Virus record (IMG/VR): IMGVR_UViG_3300045988_088582
Location: 1 to 35,647 of that record
Length of the DNA stretch: 35,647 nt
From: a virus
Direction: 5' to 3' (one strand)
Below, piece by piece: positions 1-7,299 of this stretch. Position numbers and translations under genes: made by a program. Within the stretch, counting starts at the first letter, position 1; each line of letters starts with the position of its first letter. Under the pieces are notes generated by a model that was given only the letters and a program-made list of their open reading frames with translations, had not been told where the DNA came from and searched no databases.

Positions 1-21
1 TGGGCGCGGGTGGATTCGAAC
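1..21. repeat. attL core (displaced duplicate of the tRNA 3' end)
   Basis: TGGGCGCGGGTGGATTCGAAC is identical to 35627-35647. The sequence after position 21 (AACCACGG) would break the tRNA T-stem, so this copy is not a functional tRNA. Confidence 0.85.
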
Positions 22-132
22 AACCACGGCTTTGTTCCACCCAAACCTTTTGATTCCAAAAAGTTAGGAATCATGCGGATTTTCGGACACCCAAAATGGA
101 ACACGAAACCTTTTCGGCCCGGACGCAACGTT

Positions 133-155
133 AAAAGTGGGTTGCAAAGTGGGTT
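133..155 (+). promoter_or_regulatory. Putative integrase arm-type binding sites, left arm (2 x GTGGGTT, 12-bp spacing)
   Basis: AAAAGTGGGTT at 133-143 and CAAAGTGGGTT at 145-155. The same motif pair with the same spacing and orientation recurs at 35552-35574. Confidence 0.55.
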
Positions 156-1311
156 ATTCCTCGGTGTCCGGGGCGTACTCGGCTAGCACTCCGGAGATGG
201 TCTGAGCAGTGGCAACATCACGACCCGTGACATCATGTGCGTACCAGCCGAAGGTATCCATGCTGCGGCTGTGGCCGACCATGCGGCGCAGCTGAGCGGG
301 TGATACCGCATCCGCAACCATGCTGACAAAGGTGTGCCGCAGTTCGTACAGGCTGATGGGTGGGTCAATGCCGTTGCAGCGCTGATAGAACCTCCAATAG
401 TTATACAGGCTCTGCTGGTTGGACAGCAGAAACAGCGGATCGTCATTCGTCAGCGGTCGCTCCTCTTCCATCGTGCGCTGCCGGAGCTGGGCATGGATCT
501 CGTTCACGGCCAGAGGGTGCAATACCACCGTCCGGATGGCATTCTCATTTTTGCCGCTGGTCTCCTCGTTCTGGCGGTTGATGGCCCGGCCAATGTGGAG
601 CCGGTCTCCGTCCAGATCGCCTACACGCAGGCCCAGCAGTTCTCCGGGGCGCAGGCCGGTCATTACGGCCAGACGGTAGGCGTGCACGTTCTCGTCCGGC
701 TCCACTTTTCCACGAACCACACGGGTATCGGTGGAGAGCAGCACCCGCAGGCTGTCCGGCTGCAGAATCTTCCGCCCCTTCTGGCGAGCACCCTTCGGAA
801 CGGTCAGGTTTTCATCCTCTGGCCGCAGGGTCGTGTACTTATGCTGGCGTGCCCACTTGACAAAGGATACCTCCACGCCACGGATGCCCTGCAGCGTCTT
901 ACGGGAAAGATTGCCCCGGCTCTGGCGCTTGCTGTTCGGATTCAGACAGCCCTCTTTATACGCTCGGTTAAGTACGTCCTGCAGCATTCCTGTGCTCAGG
1001 TCGCCAATCTGCCGGGTACCGATCACTGGCAGGATGTAATTTCGCCCATTCTTTTCTACCTGTTCAATGTAGCTGGTGCCTGCCGTAGCCTTGACAGAGA
1101 TCAGATACTCAGCCCACACCTCAGAGCAGCGCTTTGTGGTATTGCAGATTCCGTCATCCAGCCATGCGTCTGCCTTCCGGTTGGCTTCCCGCTGACCGGT
1201 GCGGCCCGGCTTTGCACTGGTGAACGTCCTGCGCTGGCCGTCCTTCTGCACCTTGATCTGCCAGCGTTTCTGGTTCGGCAGCCACTGGGCGGTATTGGTT
1301 CTTCGTCCCAT
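154..1311 (-). CDS. int: Tyrosine recombinase / phage integrase
   Basis: N-terminus MGRRTNTAQWLPNQKRWQIKV.. looks like an arm-binding domain. C-terminal ELRHTF..GHSRSMDTFGWYAH matches the HxxR...Y catalytic signature. ATG at 1311 is preceded by GGAGG with a 9-nt spacer; the ORF-track extension to 1458 has no support. Confidence 0.93.
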   Translation of the reverse strand: MGRRTNTAQWLPNQKRWQIKVQKDGQRRTFTSAKPGRTGQREANRKADAWLDDGICNTTKRCSEVWAEYLISVKATAGTSYIEQVEKNGRNYILPVIGTRQIGDLSTGMLQDVLNRAYKEGCLNPNSKRQSRGNLSRKTLQGIRGVEVSFVKWARQHKYTTLRPEDENLTVPKGARQKGRKILQPDSLRVLLSTDTRVVRGKVEPDENVHAYRLAVMTGLRPGELLGLRVGDLDGDRLHIGRAINRQNEETSGKNENAIRTVVLHPLAVNEIHAQLRQRTMEEERPLTNDDPLFLLSNQQSLYNYWRFYQRCNGIDPPISLYELRHTFVSMVADAVSPAQLRRMVGHSRSMDTFGWYAHDVTGRDVATAQTISGVLAEYAPDTEE

Positions 1312-1413
1312 AAAAATACACCTCCATGGGTACACTTTGACAAGCCCGCCCAAAAGAGGTATAATCGCAGTGTCGAGTGTGCGATGCCCTCTTCTGGGTG
1401 AGCCGCTTCTTTT

Positions 1414-1452
1414 AACGCCTTCGGTGCGCCAACACCGGGGCGTTTTTCTTTT
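1414..1452 (+). terminator. Intrinsic-terminator-like hairpin on the plus strand, antisense to int and its upstream gene
   Basis: AACGCC(1414-1419)/GGCGTT(1439-1444) plus inner CGGTG/CACCG, followed by TTTTTCTTTTG. The flank on the other side is not A-rich, so it is oriented for the plus strand only. Confidence 0.45.
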
Positions 1453-1531
1453 GTTCAACTACCGAGGATTCCTCGGCAACTCATAGACCAATAGCACTAT
1501 TTGCAAACGGCAAAACCGTTAGCTTTTCAGT

Positions 1532-2224
1532 TTACAGATTGAGCAGCCGTGCCTTTTGGGCTTTGTATTCGTCTTCCGTGATTGCGCCCATATCCAACAA
1601 CTTTTTGAACTTTAACAGCTCGTCTGCGGCACTGGAAGTCCCCTTTTCGTCTTTCGATACAGCGCGGTCTGCAAAAATTTCCTCGCAGAGCTCTAGCACT
1701 TTACGGGAATACGTAAAAACAGGCGATGTCATCCGCCCTATGGGGGCGGGATAATCGACGGTAAAAGACATTTTGGGGTCAGACTCTACTGTATGGGAAA
1801 CAGTCTTTGCAGTGTTGCCTCCAATAATTGCACCAGCAGATCCGGCAACAATACCGCCAACGACGGCTCTTGTGAGCCCGCCCTTTGTTTCCGTGACGGT
1901 TTTCGTGTCAACCTCCACGGTATAATCAGCCAGTTCATCGAAAGTGAACCATCCCGGAATGCCGCTCACTGTCATAAGTCGTTGTTCCCGATTTACATAA
2001 GCAACCATTGTGCCAGGATCCTGCAAGTCTTCAAAGCCCTTTGCGCGCTCCTGACGTTCTTTGAAAAAGGCTCGCTGTTCCTTCATGCTCTTTATAGAAG
2101 CCGTCTTATAGTCAACTTTAAAATCCGAAAAGAATGAGCGGCACTTTTTACAGATGAAGCCATCCGTGCAAAGTTCCCGGTCAAAAATCCCGAGCTTTTC
2201 TCCACAAATCGCGCAAACAGCCAT
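1532..2224 (-). CDS. Zn-ribbon (DUF4428-like) / glycine-zipper membrane segment / SHOCT-domain protein; lysogeny-module cargo
   Basis: N-terminus CAICGEKLGIF..DGFICKKC. Central VVGGIVAGSAGAIIGG. C-terminus ADELLKFKKLLDMGAITEDEYKAQKARLL is a SHOCT-type tail. A hand count of 1561-1620 gives 40% G+C, against 72% for 601-660 in int. Confidence 0.8.
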   Translation of the reverse strand: MAVCAICGEKLGIFDRELCTDGFICKKCRSFFSDFKVDYKTASIKSMKEQRAFFKERQERAKGFEDLQDPGTMVAYVNREQRLMTVSGIPGWFTFDELADYTVEVDTKTVTETKGGLTRAVVGGIVAGSAGAIIGGNTAKTVSHTVESDPKMSFTVDYPAPIGRMTSPVFTYSRKVLELCEEIFADRAVSKDEKGTSSAADELLKFKKLLDMGAITEDEYKAQKARLLNL

Positions 2225-2270
2225 ATTGTACCTCCTTTAATCCTATCAGCCTAGTCTAAATTCAACTTGC

Positions 2271-2912
2271 CTACACCAACCCACGACAGAAACCAACAGC
2301 CAAACCTTCCACTTCAATTTCGTCCAAATCGGAACCGGTATAAACCATGGGAGGGCATACAGAGGGGTTGTCTGCAATCAGCTGTACCACGCCATTCTGA
2401 TAATAGCAGTGCTTCAGGGTAGCCTCCTCACCAATGCGCACCGCCGCAATCTGTCCTTGCTCTACTTCCGGCTGACTGCGAATGCAAACCACATCACCGT
2501 CACAAATGGTAGGGGCCATGCTGTCCCCGTGGCATTCCAACGCAAAATCAGCCCTCCATGCAGCCGGAACACCGACATAGCTTTTGATATTCTGCTCTGC
2601 GGTGATGGGTGTGCCGCACGCGATAGAGCCGATCAGGGGGACCTGTACCATTTCGGGCATCGGCATGAACCCCGGCGGGACAACAGGCTTTTGGAGCGAA
2701 GTCATGGGAGCATCGTCCACAATAGCACTTTTGGTGATACCGAAGTAGTTTGCCATCTTTTCGACTGCACCCATGCGGGGAGTCTTTAGCCCAAGTTCCC
2801 AAGTGGACACCGCCTTGTCACTGACACCGGCGATTTTGCCCAGTTCTGCCTGCGACAGACCGTGTTCGGCACGGATTCTTTTTATATTTTCAGCGATGCT
2901 CAATTGAATCAC
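2271..2912 (-). CDS. CI/LexA-like repressor (XRE HTH + S24 autopeptidase)
   Basis: HTH segment GLSQAELGKIAGVSDKAVSTWELG. S24 motifs GDSMAPTI and ATLKHC (Ser/Lys dyad). GTG at 2912 overlaps the RBS; TTG at 2903 (AAGGAG with an 8-nt spacer) may be the true start. Confidence 0.9.
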   Translation of the reverse strand: MIQLSIAENIKRIRAEHGLSQAELGKIAGVSDKAVSTWELGLKTPRMGAVEKMANYFGITKSAIVDDAPMTSLQKPVVPPGFMPMPEMVQVPLIGSIACGTPITAEQNIKSYVGVPAAWRADFALECHGDSMAPTICDGDVVCIRSQPEVEQGQIAAVRIGEEATLKHCYYQNGVVQLIADNPSVCPPMVYTGSDLDEIEVEGLAVGFCRGLV

Positions 2913-2919
2913 TCCTTAT

Positions 2920-3007
2920 ATGTAGAGATTACACCAAAAGTAGAGCGTTGTCAACATTCTTTTGAATTTTTTCTACTTTAAGTTCTTGACATTCTACCAA
3001 AAGTGGA
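2920..3007. promoter_or_regulatory. Operator cluster built from the heptamer AAGTAGA/TCTACTT
   Basis: ATGTAGA 2920-2926; AAGTAGA 2938-2944; TCTACTT-T-AAGTTCT 2972-2986 (overlaps the PR -35); AAGTGGA 3001-3007 (in the PR spacer). Confidence 0.6.
2926..2954 (-). promoter_or_regulatory. Leftward promoter for the repressor gene
   Basis: On the minus strand: TTGACA (2954-2949), a 17-nt spacer, then TAATCT (2931-2926). The spacer contains the operator heptamer TCTACTT. Confidence 0.6.
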
Positions 3008-3014
3008 GTATAGT
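2986..3014 (+). promoter_or_regulatory. Rightward early promoter (PR-like) for the cro-like operon
   Basis: TTGACA (2986-2991), a 17-nt spacer, then TATAGT (3009-3014), upstream of the cro-like gene. Confidence 0.7.
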
Positions 3015-3047
3015 ATTCTCGAACCCAGACGAAAGGAGGTCGATAAT

Positions 3048-3248
3048 TTGGGATTCACTGTAAAGCAAGCCCGCCAGTACGCAGGATTCACTCAGCGTGA
3101 AATGGCGGAAAAGCTCGGCATTTCGCGCGATACATACCGAAAAATCGAGCAATCGCCCGAAGATGCCACAGTCGCCACTGCGAAGAAAATCAGTGAGGTC
3201 GTTGGGATTCCGATTGACCAAATTTTTTTCGCCAATATGTCTACTTAA
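3048..3248 (+). CDS. Cro-like XRE-family HTH regulator
   Basis: FTQREMAEKLGISRDTYRKIEQ is an HTH segment. TTG at 3048 is preceded by AGGAGG (3034-3039) with an 8-nt spacer. The gene is divergent from the repressor. Confidence 0.8.
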   Translation: MGFTVKQARQYAGFTQREMAEKLGISRDTYRKIEQSPEDATVATAKKISEVVGIPIDQIFFANMST

Positions 3249-3254
3249 AGTAGA
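3240..3254. promoter_or_regulatory. Distal perfect palindromic operator TCTACTT-A-AAGTAGA
   Basis: A 15-bp perfect palindrome of the same heptamer used in the switch region. It overlaps the cro-like stop codon (3246-3248). Confidence 0.55.
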
Positions 3255-3281
3255 ATGTGCAGTAAGGAGGTACAAATCCAC

Positions 3282-3497
3282 ATGACCGACATCACCCTAT
3301 CCAACAAGGAGGTGAAGAAGATGACCATGCAGGAAAAAGCCAAGGAAGCACATGCACATCATGAGCACTTAAAACAAATCGCCCTCAAGCTGTTCGAGCA
3401 GCTCAAGAGCGAAAAGATTGATTTTTCGGACGCGGAACGCATCGTCAGTATGCTGTCGGCATCCGTGAAATCGGAGCGGGACAATCGGATGCTTTAA
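3282..3497 (+). CDS. Hypothetical small early protein
   Basis: ATG at 3282 is preceded by AAGGAGG (3264-3270). 71 aa, helical and charged. No family recognised. Confidence 0.55.
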   Translation: MTDITLSNKEVKKMTMQEKAKEAHAHHEHLKQIALKLFEQLKSEKIDFSDAERIVSMLSASVKSERDNRML

Positions 3498-3709
3498 TCC
3501 ATGCTGTACGGACTGAACAGTTCATCGTCCGAAAGTTCGATGAGTTCATCCAGACAGGCCTTGTACCAATGCGCAAGTGCACAGGCTGCCTGTGCAGGAT
3601 CATCCAGATCAAGATTCTGCGGATGTTCTCCACGCTGAAGCGCGATCTGCAGTTTGTTGTTCGCATATGCAAGCGCCAGATTGTGTCTTACCTTATTCCC
3701 ATCATTCAC
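3494..3709 (-). CDS. Hypothetical small protein on the opposite strand within the early region
   Basis: GTG at 3709 is preceded by GGGAGG with an 8-nt spacer. 71 aa. It fills an otherwise 286-bp non-coding gap and converges on the preceding gene with a 4-nt overlap. Confidence 0.4.
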   Translation of the reverse strand: MNDGNKVRHNLALAYANNKLQIALQRGEHPQNLDLDDPAQAACALAHWYKACLDELIELSDDELFSPYSMD

Positions 3710-3783
3710 AGTCTTCACCTCCCTCCTGTTTTTCTCCAGTATACCGCAGAAGGGAGCCACCAACAAGGAGGAACATCTTCACC

Positions 3784-4461
3784 ATGACAGACATTATCTT
3801 ATCCACCCAGAACGGCGAGCCGGTGGCATCCAGCCGGGATGTCGCCAAGCGCTTCGGCAAACGCCATGACCACGTTATCCGCGATATTGAGGAACTTATC
3901 AAGGGCTTCCCCAAAAATGGGGACACCCCTATGTTCTTCAAGACCGAATACACCCACCCGCAGAACCACCAGAAGTACCCCATGTACCTGATGAACCGGG
4001 ACGGGTTCAGCATGCTGGCGATGGGCTTTACCGGCAAGGAGGCCGTACAGTGGAAGCTGAAGTACATCGAAGCCTTCAACGCCATGGAGAAGCAGCTGGC
4101 CCAGCAGCACCGGGATCAGCGTGAAGTGCAGGATGTCAACATCCAGAACGCCATCGACCGGGTGATCGGCGCACGCAAGGCACTGGACAAAAAAACGGCC
4201 TTCCTGGATGAGTGCCGCAAAGCCCGGGAAGAAAACAAGGCCGTGTATCTGCAGGCAAAATCGCTGTGCGGCATTGCCAAAGCCACCTACAGCAAGGACT
4301 GCAGCACCGTCCGCGCCATGGAAACGGCGGTGCGTATGGCGCAGGACAATCTGACCCATGCCGTTGACGATCTGACCATCGTTGCCAAGGGCTACCCGTT
4401 CTACGCTGCCCTGATGGACAGCCTGCTGGACGAGCTGGCACCCGCAAAGAAGGAGGATTGA
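3784..4461 (+). CDS. Rha-family phage regulatory protein (antirepressor-like)
   Basis: VASSRDVAKRFGKRHDHVIRDIEELI matches the Phage_pRha N-terminal signature. ATG at 3784 is preceded by AAGGAGG. Confidence 0.85.
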   Translation: MTDIILSTQNGEPVASSRDVAKRFGKRHDHVIRDIEELIKGFPKNGDTPMFFKTEYTHPQNHQKYPMYLMNRDGFSMLAMGFTGKEAVQWKLKYIEAFNAMEKQLAQQHRDQREVQDVNIQNAIDRVIGARKALDKKTAFLDECRKAREENKAVYLQAKSLCGIAKATYSKDCSTVRAMETAVRMAQDNLTHAVDDLTIVAKGYPFYAALMDSLLDELAPAKKED

Positions 4462-4464
4462 CCT

Positions 4465-4710
4465 ATGGCAAAGAAACCGTTTCTGAAGCTCCGCCGCCTG
4501 TACGAAGATCAGGGGCTGCTGCAAAAAGAGCTCAGCGAGCTGTCCGGCATCCCGCTGGACACCCTCAAGGGCCGCCTCAATGCCCCGGAGGACAAGGGGC
4601 GCTGGAAGGCCTGCGAGATCGTGGCGATCTGCCATACCCTGCACATCCCGCAAGAAAAAATCGGGGAGTATTTCTTCCCGGCAATCGCAAAGGAGGAAAA
4701 GACCGCATGA
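4465..4710 (+). CDS. Small HTH-type DNA-binding protein
   Basis: LLQKELSELSGIPLDTLKGRLN is HTH-like. ATG is preceded by AAGGAGG. 81 aa. Confidence 0.6.
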   Translation: MAKKPFLKLRRLYEDQGLLQKELSELSGIPLDTLKGRLNAPEDKGRWKACEIVAICHTLHIPQEKIGEYFFPAIAKEEKTA

Positions 4711-4988
4711 AGATCAAATCCCGCGTCTGGTACTGGCTGGCTGCTGCCAGCGGTGCCGTAAGTCTGCTGTACGGCATGGGCATCGAGGGCGGTGCACAGC
4801 TGGGCAGCTCCATCTCTGACAGCCAGCTCGTCACGGCCCTGTGCCTGGTTCTGGCAGCGGTAGCGTTCCTGCGGCTGGGCTTTGCCGCCCAGGATCGTGA
4901 ACAGAACGCCCGCCGCTATGGCCGCGTTGACCGCACCCACGCCCGTACCGAAGAGCCGGAGTACCGGCAAAACCGGAGGGGCGCATGA
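4707..4988 (+). CDS. Small membrane protein (two predicted TM helices)
   Basis: ATGA start/stop overlap with the upstream gene; AGGAGG at 4691-4696. Hydrophobic stretches VWYWLAAASGAVSLLYG and LVTALCLVLAAVAFLRLGF. Confidence 0.6.
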   Translation: MKIKSRVWYWLAAASGAVSLLYGMGIEGGAQLGSSISDSQLVTALCLVLAAVAFLRLGFAAQDREQNARRYGRVDRTHARTEEPEYRQNRRGA

Positions 4989-5033
4989 AAAGCAAATGAG
5001 CCCGCCCGTGCTGGTAACACGGACGAGCCCAAA

Positions 5034-5063
5034 GGGTGATGGAATTCACAAGCCCCATCACCC
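5034..5063 (+). other. Perfect 9-bp stem-loop in an intergenic region
   Basis: GGGTGATGG (5034-5042) pairs with CCATCACCC (5055-5063). No U-run follows, so it is not a classical terminator. Confidence 0.4.
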
Positions 5064-5095
5064 TTGATGATATCACATCAGAAAGGAGTTTACAA

Positions 5096-5410
5096 ATGAA
5101 AGGTATTTTAGTCGAACCGGGCAAGGCCCCGGTGATCACATCCCTGCCCGACAGCCTGTGGGCCATTGAGAACCGGCTGGGAACTCCCTGCGAGATGATC
5201 GTGCTGCCTCGCACCCCGGCGGTGCTGTTCGTGGGCCGGTACGATGGCCCCATCCAGCCTGCCAGCCTGCTCAACCGGAAGTACCGAGGCCGCCAGCTTT
5301 ACGGGCCCATCCTCTGCTACGGCTGGAAGGGCAACAACATCCAGCCCATGAACAAGGATGTACAGACCGAGATGCTGGACCGCCTGAAGGGCACGGAGGT
5401 GAGAGTTTGA
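5096..5410 (+). CDS. DUF3846-like protein
   Basis: MKGILVEPGKAPVITSLPDSLWAIENRLG resembles the DUF3846 N-terminal pattern (..vePGk.P..). ATG at 5096 is preceded by AAAGGAG. Confidence 0.55.
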   Translation: MKGILVEPGKAPVITSLPDSLWAIENRLGTPCEMIVLPRTPAVLFVGRYDGPIQPASLLNRKYRGRQLYGPILCYGWKGNNIQPMNKDVQTEMLDRLKGTEVRV

Positions 5411-7299
5411 CCACCTATATCTGCAAATGCGGACGGCGAGTGAAGAAATCCACCGATGCCAGTACCACTGGAAACCGCCTATCTGGTTACACACCCGGCC
5501 ATGAGTGCTGGGGATGCCCCTATGCCATGCCATACGGAGACTTTCAATGGGATGAAAGTGCTAGAACTGTCAGCCGGGAGACTCGGGGCTACGAGTGCCG
5601 GATGAGCAAGACCCTCACTTATGCGTCAGAGTTTGCTGGCTCTATCAAGGATAAATGCACCTGTCGAGTGCATAGTCTGGACTTCGACTTTCTGTCTCAG
5701 GTCTCTGCATGGATCAAAGACACTTATCCAGACAGAGAGATTTTCGGCTCATTCTCCAAAGATATTCGTGCATCGGACTATGGGTCTGACGGGCGCTATT
5801 GCCTGACAATCACATGCACTCAGAATCTGAAAGGTGTTGCCGCAAAAAGAGAGCTGTTTGGTCAGTTTTTCAATCTGGATGGAAGCCGCAAGGACATGAC
5901 ACCGCAGCAGGAAATGGAAAAGATTCTTGCCGACATCAAAAAAGCAAAGGAGATTCTCTCATGTGCACCTGCCCAGAATGCGGATGCTGCTGTGACTACG
6001 GCAGAGAATGCTGTTCCGACTGCCACAGCGGCAACGCCGACCATCTCGGAGAGCGGGGCGGATGCAAGCGCATCGACCCCCGCGACATCCCTGCAGAACT
6101 GCGAATCGGCCCCTGCCGCATCGGCGGGCGGTTCTTCTGTATCAACAGCTGGTGCCATGCAGGACAAGCCCCTAACTACCGTGCCGGATGCAATGCGCCC
6201 GGCGTTTGATTATTCCGGCCTGACTGACCAGACCGTGGAGGACCTGCACTTTGCCGAGGACGAATACCGCCACGGCAAACAGATGGCCGAGCGCGGCCTT
6301 GTCCACATGGGCAATGCCATTGCCGCCGCCCATGATGCGCTGTGCGGAGTTGTCCAATTGTTGGACAACTCAAAGCATGGCAATCGCGGGGATGATTCTT
6401 TTCGGGCATGGTGCTGCTCTATCGGCATCACAAAGTCAACCGCCTACAACCTGCTGCAAGTCTCTGCCCTGATGGACGGCAGCAGCCCCCGCCAGCAGGC
6501 TATTCTGGAAGCCCTGCCGCCCACCCTGCTGTACGCCGTGGCAAAGCCCAGTGCCCCGCCGGAGCTGGTGGAGAAGGTCAAGAGTGGCGACATCACCACC
6601 AACAAGCAGTATCAGGAAGCCCTTGCCCAGATCAAGGCCGAGAAGGACCGTGCCGCTGCCGCCGAAGCCCGGGAGGAAGAGGCGTGGAATATGGTAAGCA
6701 AGGCACAGGATGAAGCCCAGACTGCCAAAAACGACTTGGATGCCGCCCTTGCGGATGTGCAGGGGCTGGACAAGGAAAATGCCCGGCTGAAAGCCGAGAA
6801 AGAAAAGGCAGAACGGAGCTATAACGAAATGTACGAAAGCCGCATTGCGGCCAACCTCCAGCGCCAGAAGGCCGAAGCCGAGCGCGACAGGGCCGAAGCC
6901 CGGGCCAAGGACGCAGAGAACCAGTTGGTTGGTTCCCGGCAGATGGCCGAAGCGGCCAAGCTCCGGGGCGACAAGCTCAAGGCCGAGAACGACGCGCTCA
7001 AGAAACAGCCCATCACTGCGGTGGTGGACAAGGAAGAGGTGGAGCGTCAGGCCAGGGAAATGGCCGCCGAGATGACCGCCGACCTGCGGGCACAGCTGGA
7101 ACAGGCCTCTTCCGGCAGCGAACAAGATGCCCACAGCTCCTATGACAACGTGCTGCTGGCCGACCGTTCTCTCCAGAACATCGGCAAAATGGTGGTCCCG
7201 TCCCTCCGCAGGCTTCCGCCTGAACAGCGGGAACAGCTGACCAATATGCTCATTCACACACTCGGACAGATCCAAGGGGAGGTATCCAGATGTCTGTAA
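5407..7299 (+). CDS. Large multidomain early protein: Cys-rich N-domain, A/T/S-rich linker, DUF3102-like HTH region, long coiled coil
   Basis: TTG start 7 nt after GGAGG (5395-5399). Segment FRAWCCSIGITKSTAYNLLQVSAL is HTH-like. The C-terminal ~200 aa is an E/K/A/R-rich heptad-like coiled coil. Confidence 0.6.
   Translation: MTTYICKCGRRVKKSTDASTTGNRLSGYTPGHECWGCPYAMPYGDFQWDESARTVSRETRGYECRMSKTLTYASEFAGSIKDKCTCRVHSLDFDFLSQVSAWIKDTYPDREIFGSFSKDIRASDYGSDGRYCLTITCTQNLKGVAAKRELFGQFFNLDGSRKDMTPQQEMEKILADIKKAKEILSCAPAQNADAAVTTAENAVPTATAATPTISESGADASASTPATSLQNCESAPAASAGGSSVSTAGAMQDKPLTTVPDAMRPAFDYSGLTDQTVEDLHFAEDEYRHGKQMAERGLVHMGNAIAAAHDALCGVVQLLDNSKHGNRGDDSFRAWCCSIGITKSTAYNLLQVSALMDGSSPRQQAILEALPPTLLYAVAKPSAPPELVEKVKSGDITTNKQYQEALAQIKAEKDRAAAAEAREEEAWNMVSKAQDEAQTAKNDLDAALADVQGLDKENARLKAEKEKAERSYNEMYESRIAANLQRQKAEAERDRAEARAKDAENQLVGSRQMAEAAKLRGDKLKAENDALKKQPITAVVDKEEVERQAREMAAEMTADLRAQLEQASSGSEQDAHSSYDNVLLADRSLQNIGKMVVPSLRRLPPEQREQLTNMLIHTLGQIQGEVSRCL

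Noticed and set aside
1-80. A possible complete second tRNA at the left end (a hairpin TGATTCC..GGAATCA at 51-73 resembles an anticodon arm)
   Set aside because: The reverse complement lacks a 5' acceptor strand complementary to CGCGCCC. The T-stem has a mismatch immediately after the 21-bp core, and the hairpin has a 9-nt loop. It is the att duplicate plus phage arm DNA.
1312-1458. N-terminal 49-aa extension of the integrase ORF in the track
   Set aside because: ATG at 1311 has a GGAGG RBS and begins the recognisable integrase N-terminus. The extension runs through a terminator-like hairpin and looks non-protein-like.
4458-4988. Single 176-aa ORF spanning 4458-4988
   Set aside because: Its first half overlaps the well-supported HTH gene (4465-4710) in another frame and is Pro/Arg/Gly-rich. 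Only the part from ATG 4707 (RBS AGGAGG, ATGA coupling) looks like a real membrane protein.
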